Below are positions 40,628 to 54,550 of a stretch of 64,000 nucleotides of DNA, one piece after another. The stretch is taken from assembly GCA_037379345.1 (NCBI GenBank), contig CM074515.1:6138001-6202000 (forward strand), written 5' to 3'. Made by a program: the position numbers and the translations under genes. The DNA is from Perna viridis (Eukaryota). Position 1 is the first letter of the stretch; every line of letters begins with the position of its first letter. The notes beneath the pieces are model-generated. The model was not told the origin of the DNA. It worked only from the letters and a program-made list of their open reading frames with translations, and ran no database searches.

Positions 40628-41148
40628 ATACTGATATTTAAAATGTATATGAATAAAAGAGTTCAACATATCAAAACTTTGTTACTCTGGACTCATTTCA
40701 TACTACACAGGTACATAAAACAATTTATGAAACGAGAACAAAAACAAAAACAAACGTCATTTGCTCAATAAATTTTGATATTATGATATCATAATGTTAT
40801 ATCTATCATTGGCTAGGTTATTGGTGCGTTGCTTGTATTATTGGTCTTAGGTGCAGCCTTGGGTAAATAAAACTGACCAAAGGCTAATGCCATAACCAAT
40901 GCAGACATCATTGGCTAATAATATATTTATTAATTAACCACGCCAACACGGCGAAGAAATGAAAAATACTTTATTCGAGAAAATATTCAGATCTGAAATA
41001 TGAACTCAAATTGATGTTGAACTATTCACCACAATATTGTATGTGTTCAGAAAATGATTCAGATGATAAAATGAGTACATCAAGTTCTTAATCATCTTAA
41101 ACCTCCTTTTTGCCCTCAAGGAAGAAACGAGGAATAACATTTCTTTCA

Positions 41149-41336
41149 GTGCACCTGGTCCATGCTCCAAGTTTTTAGTGGAGTCCAAGTTTCTCATTTG
41201 CTTTTGTTACTTTGTATGTATGATTTTAGTTACTTTATGTTCTTTGTTATGTATATCTGTTTCCCATTTCTGGTCTTTGTCCCTGGATTACATTCTTTTG
41301 ATTACCGCTTTAACCTTGGTTCTCTTGATTACTCTT
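41149..41336 (+). mobile_element. Naiad-like element, 3' UTR fragment
   Basis: GTGCACCTGGTCCATGCTCC..CCCTGGATTACATTCTTTTGATTACC..TTGATTACTCTT. Confidence 0.85.
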
Positions 41337-43798
41337 TCACTTTCAACAGGGTATCTTAAGAGTTATGAATTATCTTTATCAAGATCATGTTGTTGGATAG
41401 AGCTAACACGATACTACAAACATCCATTTCTTCGAAAACAATAAATGATTCATTTCTTCGAAAACCTGTAATCTTGTGGCGTATAGCCTCAGCTGCTATC
41501 TGTGCAGATAATTCATTGATATATCTGATGATATCCAAATTTTAAACATTTGGATTTTTTTCTTTGTAATCATTTTGTGTTTTTACTCCATTCATGATTT
41601 CCAGACATATGAAGAACCTACTGGTGTTGTAGGCGTGGCATAATGTAAAACTAATGATTTTTTCGCACGGATTTGAACCAGGCTAATATCGATATTGGTC
41701 CAGTTATTCTGCGTTTGCCTAGTATGGCAACAGTATGTCTTATCGACAATTTTGGTGTTAACTACGTTGACATCTTACTTAATAACATCCTGCATAACTG
41801 ATGAAGGTGATTGCTGTAAAAAATGACAGCATGCATCATGGATGAAACATAATTCTACAGAAGGAAAATATGGTTTTAATTTTATAAGCTTTGTAAAAAC
41901 TTTAGGAATGTCTTCATAACCCTTATCTGCCAGAAATCATGCGCGGTCATGATCATTGACTGCTGAACCTGAATACAATGTTTTTTCAAGAATAAATTCT
42001 GAGGTCATTTGAATTTTAGACAATCCAATCTAAATCGGAGAAAAAAACGCGATATCGGTAAACAGAACACACAGGGGCTTATTCGAGATAATAGATGTAA
42101 TTTACTACAGAAAATGAATGCTGATATATGATTAAAATATAATTATTCTTGAAAAAGAAACGTCAATTTTTCTATTATATATTCGTTAATAAATCTTGCA
42201 AGAAGAACAAATGAGTCTAAGATGTGATACATGCGTATTTAGGACATAACAATTAACATGTATATAATTTTATTAACTTGACTAATATATTTGTACAAAA
42301 ATATATTTATTGTTATATTCAGAAAATAAGAAACTGAACTGCGGTTTGGTGTTTTATCAGTGCATGTAGCAAGACAGTATACGAGCACACTTTTACGAGT
42401 CCAGTGAAAAATAAATAGATAAATCTTTGTTTATGTCTACATAGGTATTATACACAGAAATTTCAGTTCTTACGTTTAACGTTTATGATATACATCAAAT
42501 CAAAGAACAGTCGTTGGAAGTATGTATGATTAAAACCCTCTTCAAGCCACATTTATCTGTGACATCAATTGAGAGTCCAATAAGCCTTAAGCACGAGAGT
42601 CTCTTTATAGAAAATTTACCGTCGTAGAATTGTGACAAGAACATAACGCTGTGCGAATCGGAAATGTCCAGTCGTTAAATTACGAATGGGATCACCAGAT
42701 GACAGATATTGTTTTCCATATCCTACAGGATTGGCTTATTTAATGGTAGTAATCAAGGCTTACGAATACAGAAAGCAACCTACTTATGTCAACGCCGGAA
42801 ATACTATTACTTTTATGACAGTTTTCCATCATTAATGCAAAAAAAGCCTTTAAACCTAGAAATAAATAGGTTTATAAAAGAGTTTTCATTTTATTTTATT
42901 TTTGTTTTTGTTTTATGAACAATCAAATGTAGTTGGGAAATTCAAGGTAAAAGAAACCAGTACACACCAAACGCAAGACATTTAAAAGTTAACACAAAAA
43001 CGATAAACACAAACCCAACAAAAAAGAATCAGTTTCACCTTCTGGTTCACGACAGTGTAAATTCGTCTGAGAATGGGACACGTTTCTCGATGGGGTTATG
43101 CCATCGTTGTGCAGATGTATAAGGGAACAGTGTTTTAATCGTTTGCATTTATAAAACGATTGCCTATCATGTGTTGTATTTTACTAAACTACGAACCACT
43201 TTCAGCTTTTCTATATACATTACGTTTGACATATAATATGCTGATATATGGCGAAAATTTTCATAACAAAAATATAATCATTAATTTTAACAATCTTGGA
43301 TTCATTTTTAGAATCAGCTAGATATGATCTGTAAGCAATTGATTATATTTTGAAATGAAGAATCCGTGGCCATAACGTATCAGTGAGATACTATCACAAT
43401 GGTACAAATTACATAGGAAATACAATTGTCATTAATTTGACTTCAATTGGTACGTTTGCAGCGAGCAATAAACGCCTTTATTACTGACAGTTCAGTTGTG
43501 TTCTACTTTTAAAGCAAGAGCAAACCTTTACGCTCTCGAATCAATGAGACTGCATGGTCAGTGTTATTGCTATTTTCCTGTGGTGATATTTATATACGCA
43601 AAGGCACATGCACCGTTATCTATCAATGCTTCGATAAGTATTTATTACATAAATCAAACGAAAGTTTTGCGAGATTTGGAATGTATAATAAAAAAAGTAG
43701 ATAATGTTGGTAAAAAATTTTTACAAACTGTCCGTCGTTGTGTAATTATAAAGCTCGTGAATAGTTCTATTATCAAAATCTGTAAATAATCCATCTAA

Positions 43799-44190
43799 AA
43801 GAGTAATCAAGGGAACCAATGTTATAGTGGTAATCAAAAGAATGTAATCCAGGGACAAAGACCAGACATGGAAAACAGACACACACAACAAAGAACATAA
43901 AGTAATTAAAATCATACATACAAAGTAACAAAAGCAAATAAGCAACTCGGACTCCACTAAAAACTGGGAGCATGGACCAGGTGCACCGGTTGGGTAAACG
44001 TCCTCTGCTTTTTTAGAAACACCCGCCAAGTTGCTAATAAGAAGTCAAGTCCGGGTAGACAAACGAGGAAAGGAAAACTATGAACCGTCGAATAAATCAG
44101 TTTTCATGGTGCAGATAGATATACCATAACTATCCACGAGTTCATGATGACGACCATAAAACTTCCGTTGTGATGACTTCAATCTTGTAG
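43799..44190 (-). mobile_element. Naiad-like element, 5'-truncated
   Basis: Near-identical to 19184-19577 and 49145-49525. Confidence 0.88.
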
Positions 44191-45366
44191 TAAAGGTAGA
44201 TCATTTTCTTATACTTTCAGTAGACAGGTTTTTCCTATTAATTCTCAAAGATTATCCCTTGAACGAACATACTGCAAAATTTTAAGATAAAAAAATATAA
44301 GTCACCGAACTTAATTTCGAGATAATTGAGTCTATATACAGTCTATATAAATATATATATTTTTACAACATTTTATGTATTTCCCAGTTTCGTTTTTTGT
44401 ATTATGAATACCTATCTGACATTATTTCTTTTTTTTAAAAAAGAAAATAGGGGTCATCGATTTTTTACTTGTATTATCAAAACAAAAAACAAACAAAAAA
44501 ACAACTAAAATTCCCATTATGTTATGATACATTATTTTCCCCTCAATCATCTCCCCCCCTTGAAAGAGGTTTTGTAAAACCAATGTTTGTAGTTTTGCCA
44601 TATATAGGTTTGTGCCAAACTATCTTTTTGAATAATTTTAAGGACAATTGTTTTCCATCTTTTCAAACACTATTTGCTCATTGAAAATACATACTTTTGT
44701 ATAATTTTGCAAATTGACAGAAAAGGATGCGCCGTGTAAAAGTTTGATCCACTTTAAAGATAAAGAACTCAATTGTATTAAAATATTGATAACACAAATT
44801 CTCGGAAACCAATTTCCAGTGAAAGATTGAGAGAAATAAAGAGTGGTGTGTTATACAAGATAAGGAAACAGCTAAAAATGGTTGAATTAAATAATAGCTG
44901 TCTCCTAAAAATAGAAATAGCATATGTGGCCATGGAGTGTTTCCGTTAAAATTAAGCGTTTTAAAAAAGAAAACAGAAACACGAAACAGATGAGATATTA
45001 AAAAAGTAATTTCCTTGAGGAATTACCTTTTGACCAAATATGTGTCATTTTCTATTATGGGAATTTCTAATATAACGTCTTCATATCGTCAAATAGTATA
45101 TGTCGGTACAACCCCACCTTTACCACCTGCGCACTATCTCTTTTCTTTCATTGTCGCTTCGAGACAAGGCTCATTTAAAAACGTTCACACGATGACTTAA
45201 CGGCTAAGATGTTATCTAATTGAAATCCATTATATAAATACACACATTTAACACATACGATGACATAAATATACAAATTTAATCAAACTGCTGTACGGGG
45301 GAGGTTAAACGGAACAGCCGTTATTTCGGCTATTCCTAGGGAAATTTTTGTCAAAAAAAGAAAAAG

Positions 45367-45493
45367 AATAATTCGTGGAGGGGGTAGATTTGTACTCATT
45401 CTAACATAGGTTTGGCATTTATAATCTCATTTAAATAATCGAATATAAATGCCCATGTTAAAACGGGTACAAATATACCCTCCACGAATTATT
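45367..45493. repeat. Long imperfect palindrome (foldback/MITE-like)
   Basis: AATAATTCGTGGAGGG..TTTGTAC..TAACAT..GGCATTTATA mirrored by TATAAATGCC.ATGTTA..GTACAAA..CCCTCCACGAATTATT. Confidence 0.8.
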
Positions 45494-46295
45494 TCCTAAT
45501 TAAAACATAATTTAATGTTCTTAAGAAAAGAATTTTACATTGTATTCCTTTTCATAAATTAGAGATTCTTACTTTTTTTAGTGTTATTGTAATTTTATGT
45601 GTTTTAAATAATTTGTACCAGAAAATTTGGTTATTAAATGCGGTAAAATGACATATATGTGTACTTTAGTCACAAGGCATCCTTGTAATTATGGTTATGA
45701 AAAGGAATTCACTTGACGACTATCTTATGGAAATGACACGTTTTCTTTGGTATATAATTTTTGGGGGAGCACGACATGACATTTTGTATGAGCTGTATAA
45801 TATCTTGTTGGAACGACATACTACAACTTGTAAAATCCAGTGTAACCATTGCATTGTTGTGTGAAGTGAGCTGCTCATACATGAAATCTAACATTGTACC
45901 TCAAGATGATTCGTTAAACGTAACAATGCACAACGAAGGTCAACCGAAGATCAATGGAATGACGGGGACGTACAACGTCACTGTGGTTTTTTTTATGATG
46001 TTTTTAATAATTGCCCTAACAATTGTTTTGTTTTTTTTTAATTATATTTCCCTACCCTAAAATACATTTTGTCATTTGTTTACTGTTGTATGTAGATTAT
46101 AATTAGCTCATTAATTCATAGTGTTTTTCAACTCAGCAATCAGATTGGATGATAGCCGATGACCAGAATTACGTAGCGCACACACCGATATTCGATCGGG
46201 TTCTTTGGTTGGTCGTTGTGACATATAACTTTTCATCTTTGAATGGTTTCATTCATCGTGTGGTTTCGATGTCTGATTCCACGTCTGAGATTGTT

Positions 46296-48330
46296 TCAAG
46301 GGTAAAATATTGCATTAAATGCAATAAGCCCTGGATCTGGTAACCAACTTTTGTACATTGGAATTTCTGCATTGGTTCTGTCTGCAAACAGATCTGCCGT
46401 GATTACTACATTTCTCTGTAGACACCAAGTCCAGATATCTAATGCAATTTTGTTGCGTTGCAAACATTGGAAACCGTGCCACACATCCTGTTCAGGTATG
46501 TCAAAGTTGTTCTGTTGTCTGTTTGAACCAGAACGTGTACATTGTTTCTGTCCTTCAGGAAGGATTTTACAGCATGTGTTACTGCATTTATATGGAGAGG
46601 CTTCTCTGTTTCTAACCAAAGGCCCCCAGTTTGAACTTTGTCTGAAACAGCGCCTCACCCTTGATTGCTTGCATCTGTCTGAATCAACACAGCTGGTTGA
46701 ATGGATAACAGTGTCCGTCCGTTCCAATGAATTAGCTGAAGTATCCACCAGTATAACTCGTCTTTTTGCCTCCTCTGAGAGTACAATCTGAGAATTGTAG
46801 CTCATTGTCTGACGTAATCTTTGATTTTTTTCCCCATTTGAAGATGTCTGTAATGGAGGGGAGTAGAAAAATAGCTTGAATTGAAGCTGTTAAATTGCCT
46901 ATCACCTCTGACAAATTCCGAACTAATATTTTGTTTATGGCTTTGAATTTGATGCACATTTTCTAAATTTTCTGACTTTTTTGTGATTGATGTGATAATG
47001 CCATTTCTACTATGTTCAGGATAAACCTCAAAAATACCATTTCTTGAGACGGTATCAGAACTGAGTTGGTTTTGTTTATTAGAAAGCCTAGCTGTTCTAA
47101 TAGCTTCGAAGCTATCTGTGCCTCGGACAGACAAAGTTGTTCCGATTGATTTTATCAGGGGAATATCGTCCAGATAAACCACCAAATGAATGGCAATTCT
47201 CCGAGGAAAACTCATTGGAACTTTCATTGACTTTGTAAATACCAGAGGGGCCATCGAAATTCCAATAGGGGGTACCGATATCGAAATGTTTTTCATTTCC
47301 AATCGAACTGAAGGAACTTATTATGATTTTTTTTATATTGGTACTGTTAAATAAGCATCTGTTAGATCTAATTTGACCATCCAATCTGATTTTTTAATTA
47401 GATCCTTCACTAAATGAATCTCTTCCATTTTGAAATGATTGTAGACCAGATATTCGTTCAAATCTCTCAGATATATAACTGGTCTCTGACCTCCCCTTTC
47501 TTCTCGACAAGGAATAGGTGACTTAAATATATTATTGATCCTTGTTTATCTGACAAATTGCATATTTGTCTAAGAGAGATTGAACTTCTTTGTATGTTAG
47601 TCCTTCTTTTTCGTTGCTGAAAAAGAGAATTGGAACTTGTGATTGTTTTGGAGGGTCCTGACAAAACTCTTACTTCAGTTCCTTAACTGTTTGCAAAATC
47701 TAAGGATCTGAAATTAAGCATTGCCAATTTTTGAGAAAAAATTCATTCTTCCCCCTACATGTAGATGAATAAATTTGTCTGTCTGAATGAAGAAATTCTA
47801 AATCAGTAATATTTACCTGTTTGTTTTTTAATTCTTAGCACCCTGTCTCTTGAACTTCGGCTATTGTGTCCAACACCTCGACCACCACTGTAATGAAATT
47901 TTTTAGAGTTTTTGTAGGTGTGTTTGTTACCAGAACTACCAGCGAAAAAGCTCTAAAGTTCTTTATTGTCCTTGCTCTCCTCTGTCAAAAGTTTACGGAA
48001 CTGGGAAGTAGGAACTGGTTCTTCCCCAACATTTCTTTCCGAAACTCTCGCGGACTCTAATCGGACTCGTCAGACACACTCTCGTCTGAAATATGCCTTC
48101 TATCGTCGCTGTCCTGAATGGCATTATTTCTGCCGTGACTAGCAATTATCCATGAATTTTACTCCTTTTGCCCTGACTGGCATCTATATTGCCCTTATTG
48201 GCATGTGTTTTATCGCCCTCATTGGCGTCATAAAAGTGCCCTTCTTCGTGGCTAGACATTTCAGATATATAGTCTAAATCATGTGTAGGGGTATGTTTCC
48301 TCTTACACAAAAGCAACCTTCGAACCACAA
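46296..48330 (-). mobile_element. Decayed DIRS-type retrotransposon (gag remnant, RT, RNase H, start of the Dam-like methyltransferase region)
   Basis: Frameshifted RT motifs WMVKLDLTDAY and PIGISMAPLVFTK..LVVYLDD; RNase H-like remnants (TDAS-like motif, QTDN); DLFADRTNAEIPMYKSWLPDP as in the DIRS MT region; no tyrosine recombinase seen. Confidence 0.8.
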
Positions 48331-48539
48331 TACAAATTAAACATGCATTCTCGACGAGCTAAAATTGAAAAGCAGTTATAATATCTTACCTTCGTGTTAT
48401 ATACCTGTGGTCACTCAGGTGTCCAGTTGGTTTTTTTTTTTCACACTTGAGTGATTCTTTAAACAGCTGATTTATTCTCTCAATTTAGTAAATTTGAAGG
48501 CAATTGCAATGTTATATCTTATGAGCTTTCGGCTGTATA

Positions 48540-49010
48540 ATTATCATTTGGGTGTTGTAAGTGCAATGAAATGGGTTTGGATTAAGTATACGTTATTACA
48601 TTTAAACTTCTTTAGATTAAGTGCAATTAATATGTAATTTAGGATTTGGGATTTACATGAAGCGCATGATTTTCCTTGAATTCAAAGATTCGGATTTAAA
48701 TGTTGTTTTCCCTCAAACTTTTGTGGATTAATAAAGCGCAATCGTATGCATTTATATGATAAGTAGTTAGGGGTGTAGTGCAATGGTTTTCATTGAAATA
48801 AAAAGAAATGGACCAAGTGCTATTTCCATTTGAATTGCAGATTATGATTAAGTGATACGAGTTTCATGATTAAAAGGTAACCGTTTGGGATTTAGCGCAT
48901 TATTAAAGGGCAATGATTTTCATTAACATAATATGTAATTCGGGATGTGAGTTCAAGATTTGGATTAAGTGCTATTTTCATTGGAATTACAGCTTGGGAT
49001 TAAATTTACT
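48540..49010. repeat. Highly degenerate short-period repeat (GGATTAAGTGC.AT..TTTCATT.GAATT motif)
   Basis: Motif recurs many times with heavy divergence; period not fixed by eye. Confidence 0.4.
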
Positions 49011-49144
49011 GATATAACGGGAATTATATAGAGAATATTTTTAAGTTTTATTTTCATTCTAACTGTAGTTCTGTATTAAGTACATTCAATTCATCAGAAC
49101 TGTATATACATGTATAATGAAGAACTAGTTCAAGTAGATACTTT

Positions 49145-50535
49145 GAATCAAGGTTATAGGGTAATCAAAAGAATGTAATCCAGGGACAAAGACCAGACAT
49201 GGAAAACAGAAACACACAACAAAGAACATAAAGTAACTAAAATCATGCATACAAAGTAATAAAAAGCAAATGAGCAACTCAGACTCCACTAAAAACTGGG
49301 CGCTTGGACCAGGTGCACAGGTAGGGTAAGCGTCATTTGCTTTTCTAGAAACACCCGCCGAGTTGCTCATAAAAAGTCAAGTCCGCGGTAGACAAACGAG
49401 GAGAGGAAAACTATGAACCGTTGAATAAATCAGTTTTCATGGTGCAGATGGATACACCATAACGATCCATGAGTTCATGATGACGACCATAAAACTTCTG
49501 TAGTGATGACTTCAATGTTGTAGCAACATTACCCTGTTCCAAAAGCTTATTTGTTAGAGTTCTAGCGCGATACAAAAATACTGCGTAGTTTCGGCAAGCT
49601 CTGGCATAACGTATGAGTTGTGATATGAACACTCCATACGCAGGTGCCGAAGGAATGTTGCCACAGATGAAAGGAAAGTTGATAATTCTGAATGGAAAGT
49701 CATCACGTTTGTCGTAAAGTTTGGTCAATAGTTTTCCTTTACCATCGATTTCTATGTGTAGGTCAAGATATGAGGCTGACTTCACAGTGCCTGTAGTATC
49801 CTTTATCTCAAGTTCTTTTGGGTAGATGCGATGTATCGAATTCCCGAAATTAGGATTGTTTAAAGATAATACGTCATCTATATAGCGGAAACTGATTGTA
49901 ATTTTACCCGGTACCTTAGTTTCTTTTTTCAATATTTCAGACGGGTCAAACAGCTTACTATTATCATCACTGTCAGTATCAGAATTAGACGAGTCCTGTG
50001 AGGAAGACTCTGACTCTGATATTCCACCCTCTTCATGGTCAATTTTTCTCTTTCTACCGGAAATTTGGGAAGTAGGAACTGGTTCTTCTCCAACATTTGT
50101 TTCCGAAACCCAGTAAAGGAGCACAATTTGTTCCCATTGGAATGCCATGCCAACCGTTTGTTGAAAAACACGTCCACCACACTGGACAAATATGTTGTCG
50201 ATTAAAAATTCCAGCATTTTGTAAACATTTTCCTCTGTATATTTGGAAGATGATTTGGAATTATTTCTTACAAAGTATGAGAAACCTCTACCAAGAACTA
50301 TATATTGGAAAAAAACAACGATGTATAATGTTTTTAAGTCGGAATTTTAACTGAGTATGGAGAATAGAAGTATACAGTGTTGGAAAATTATAGGTTTTAA
50401 CGCTATTATATTCATATAATAGTCTTGAACTGATTGTCTCCAAAAGATCTTTCGAACTTTGCAGGATCCACATTGAATTAATACCACTACTGGTGTAACA
50501 AGTGTTGTAGTAGGACTGCAGACTAGTATCTCTAC
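49145..50535 (-). mobile_element. Longest Naiad-like Penelope-like element copy: disrupted RT with a DIRS-derived insert
   Basis: RT motifs KTYNFPTLYTSI, QQTVGIPMGTNCAPLL (after removing a GGCAT duplication), FRYIDD, SASYLDL, LYDKRDDF, GVFISQLIRYAR. The ORF ends after the thumb with no C-terminal GIY-YIG, as in N-terminal-EN PLEs. Confidence 0.85.
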
Positions 50536-53386
50536 GCATATATTTTGAATAAGAAAACTAGTATTCAATGGATTCAGATTTGAGGTGGGACGATTCAAAT
50601 AAATAGTAGCATAACATTGTAACATTTCATGAATGGGTTACTATAAGAAGTTTATTGTTTTTCTTTGACTTGCCATTACATATGTGCTATCCACTTGCGA
50701 ACCTGTGAATTTAAAGCTTTTTTTTCTTGGAAAAAGTTTTAAAAAATATTCAAAGTACAAACAAAACAACAAAAATTACTAAATTGAAACAAAAGCAAAA
50801 AATACCTCCAAAACACATTTTGAGTAATATTCATAAGCTGAGAAAATTCCATGATATGAAGTGAAACATAGAGGGTATTAGCTGCTTTACACTTTTACAT
50901 TTTACATTTTTACATTTTTACTTTACGCTTTCCGGTAATCTTTCATGGACGAATGGTTACCAAGTCATCAAATCTTACAATTACAACTCGTCAGTTTTTA
51001 TGTCCCAATAGCTTTGTCAATTCTTTGTATTGTTCAGCAAATTGGTGACAAGAGTCTTAGGGTTGTAGGAAAGTCACTGTAATGGAACGACATAACATCT
51101 TGCGGAACAACATACAAAGTATTGCTTACATGGCCGAATTCTGTCACCGTAGTACCGCACTCTCTTGCAATTAGTGATTATAAAGAACAATTATATTTCA
51201 ACGAGTTTAAAGTCGCCATTACTTTAAGTAAATCATGATATCTATCTCCACCGTGTGATAGATTATCTGTTTTCCTCCGATTATTATATGTCCTTACCAA
51301 ATCGAAATAATGGAAAGGCATACTTCGTTATAGATAGTGCTTACTTTACTTTACCTAGTTATGCTCATTTTGTTTCTAGGGGAAAATAGTGATACTCTTT
51401 GAAAGTATGTTGGCTCCAATGGGTGCCTTTGAGCAGACATTTTTCATTCCGATGGAGTTGTTGTTTTTTGTTTTTTTTTTGTTTTTTTTTTGTTTTTGTT
51501 TGTTTTTTGTTTTTTTTTAAATATTCACCACTTCCCTTTCGTTACATTCTGTACTATGTTATATCGTAATAATCATGGATTATCATCAGACTTTGACTGT
51601 TTGCGGGCGGAGTGAACGTAAAGAACGAAACTCTCTCGTGAAAGAATTATCAAAACACTTTTGTGTCACCTATCTTTCCTTTAACTGTATAGTCACCAAT
51701 CCTTTTTTTATCTTCTCTGTACAAAAGAGTATTTCATTACAAAGAAATTCCAATTACAACAATCAATCCCCTATAGATTTGTGTTTATAGCACCACACCT
51801 TTGATGTTCATTAATAATGAAACTTGCAGTGTTCGGGAATGGTGAAAATAGTTATATACATTAGAGGAAATTGAATTGAGGGGAGTAAAAAGATTATAAA
51901 ATTCGCTTGTCTATTTAGTTTTGAAATGAAGCTACTAATCAAGCACATCACATGCAGCTTACCAATGTTAAACATTTTATTTATTTTTTTTTTGTAATTT
52001 TTACTTAAATTTCATGACAATATTTCATCATGATTTCATATGAACATTACTTGTAAAATAAGTCGGTAAAAATACAGTGCTTATATCGTGGAATAGTCTA
52101 AGTTCAGTAGATATCCGTTCAAAACGGTATTATCTTTATAAAATGGATACGCATCATCTGAACACGTTTTAAAAAAATAAACACTTGATGTTTATCTTAT
52201 CAATTATGAAGAAAATGTTATAAGAGAGTAAAAGTATGAAAATCGTTGCATTTCCCCAGAACTGGTTTATTAAATTATTATCAATTTAATAAAACAGTTA
52301 CTACAAAGAATACGTATTGTAACAAATAAGAAATCGCTGAAATAAACATAACCGAAAACCTCATTATCAAATATCAGCTGATGCATATAGAAAATATTTA
52401 AGAAATATTTCCTTGTTTTGACAGGTTAAACGAAATATACCCATTCATTTGTATAAACTAACCCAAACCAGATCATTTCGTATAATATGCTCAAATATTA
52501 GAAACGTTTTTGTTATTTAATTTGTAATGTATTTCAATCAAATAATTTGGTTTCGTAATCAAAACACAACTTTCTTTGGAAATATTTGAGTCGCGGAATA
52601 CGAATTAATCGACATTATGATGTCAAAATGCCAAGCAAAATTATGCAACGCAACCTGGTTTGCTGAAAGAGAACCAACCAACTAGAAAGCTTCTCACAAA
52701 TCAAATTAAATTATATAAACCTTCTTTTATACTTACATTAATGCGTGTCGATTTTCATATGATATTTTTCGACATTCAAGAATTATTGATTAAAATATAA
52801 TAGAATATAATAAATCTTACGGTGTTATCGACTAGATTATTACAACACTTTGATACAATGTCCTCTTGAAACTTTTGAAAATTACTGAGGATGTGAATGA
52901 CAATATGGCTGTTATTAAAAGTGCAGTTTTTACATAAGGTCGAAAATGATTTACAGCTTAAACTACATTCATTACTTGAAAGTAATACCAAGGATAACCA
53001 TTATGAAGGGGATATCTAAATCTCAAATGGAAATAAACAATACAAAGCAAGAATGAATAGTGAAAAAAAAAACAGACACTTTAAAGCGAACTGTCAACCT
53101 TTACTACACTGCATCCTTTAGGCATTTGAAAATGAATACCATTGAGGTTGCTATCTTCCTTTAAATATCTAGCATGATTTGCCTACGTACATTAATGATG
53201 ATGTTTCGTTGAACTATTGAAAGAGGGATGGCTGCAATCTTGGAGTTACGAAAGCCGTTCCAAGAAATAATCTGTATGAAGATTTGTTCGTTACAAAGCA
53301 GTAATTTTTTTTATATTTGTTTGCGTTGTGCATTTGACGATCACAATTTGAATGCAAATAAAATGAATAAGATATAAAGATTAGGG

Positions 53387-53500
53387 AGAGTAATCAAGGG
53401 AACCAAGATTCCAGTAGTACTCAAAAGAATATATTCAAAGATAAAGACTAGAAAGAAAAATAGACATATACAACAACGAACATGAAATAACCAAAATAAC
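53387..53500 (-). mobile_element. Naiad-like element, 3' tip
   Basis: AGAGTAATCAAGGGAACCAAGATT..CAAAAGAAT matches the family terminus. Confidence 0.7.
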
Positions 53501-54327
53501 ACGTTAATACAAAAAATATAAATATTGAATGATGTAAACTATTTAGTAAAAATCATAAAACTTTATGAGCATAAAACTCACAAAACTTCACGAGCATAAA
53601 ACTCACAAAGTTCAAGATCAGAAGCTGAATCGCGTACGCTGTGGGTGATTGTACCTCTATCGAAGGCACACATAAGCAAATGATAAGGAGCCTGAATGAA
53701 AATAACAAAGGGGGTCTTTTTATCAAAATTAAAAGTAAAAATTAACTCTGGAAAACAATTTTTAAAAAAAGTTCAAATATAGTAGTACGGCATATTTATG
53801 TATAGCATGTAGTGCTGTACCAGCCTTAGACCAAGACCTAAAACTGAAATATTTTTTCTCGTTTATTCCGTCTGGAGTTGTTTGTAATTTCTTCATTCAA
53901 AATCTTTCCCGATATCTATAATATAAAGTCCAATTTAAGATGGAAAGTATTCTGCAATGTTATTTTAATTTTTGAAAAGCTCTACAATTATTTTTTTTTG
54001 TCAATGAAAACGGTTGTAGGTCAGAAGGTCAAAATATGAATTGCATTATAGTACTTATGGGCACATGTCTTATGAGATCAATCTTAGATTTGAGTACCTT
54101 CTCTAAGAAGACGTATTTTTTATCCTACTTTAATTCGTGTTATTATTACACATCTTGCTTTTCACGGGAAATAATTGATAACACTAATAATTGTAAATTT
54201 AGTTATATGAGAATAAACATATTTAAATGTAGTTTCATCAAGCCTGTGCTTCCCCACCCATTTCTAAGTGTCAAGTTTTCTTCATACATTTTTTACCCCA
54301 CCATGATAACTTATTTATACTTTGCAG

Positions 54328-54550
54328 GTAGTAAAGATGTTGATAGTTATAGTTGCTGTATTCTGTATAATGTGGTTACCGTACAGATCTGTTGTTGTCT
54401 ACAACTCCTTTAGTGATATTGGAATATCTAACGTCTGGTTCTGGCTAGTCTGTAGAATAATGGTATATACCAACAGTGCTATCAACCCTATTTTATACAG
54501 CGCAATGTCGGTCAAGTTCAGGGAGGCCTTCTCAACAATTCTGTGCCATA
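54328..54550 (+). CDS. TRHR: TRHR-like GPCR, coding exon 2 (TM6-TM7, helix 8)
   Basis: TTTGCAG acceptor; VVKMLIVIVAVFCIMWLPYRSVVVYNSF..WFWLVCRIMVYTNSAINPILYSAMSVKFREAF; phase 0 join to exon 1; phase 1 donor A|GTAAGT at 54551. Confidence 0.93.

Noticed and set aside
49411-50217. Novel functional 268-aa protein
   Set aside because: It is an RT fragment whose motif B is frameshifted; the frame is restored only by the DIRS insert, and upstream RT motifs lie in other frames.
28203-54327. Antisense orientation bias of Naiad copies in intron 1 (4 of 5)
   Set aside because: Too few copies to distinguish from chance.
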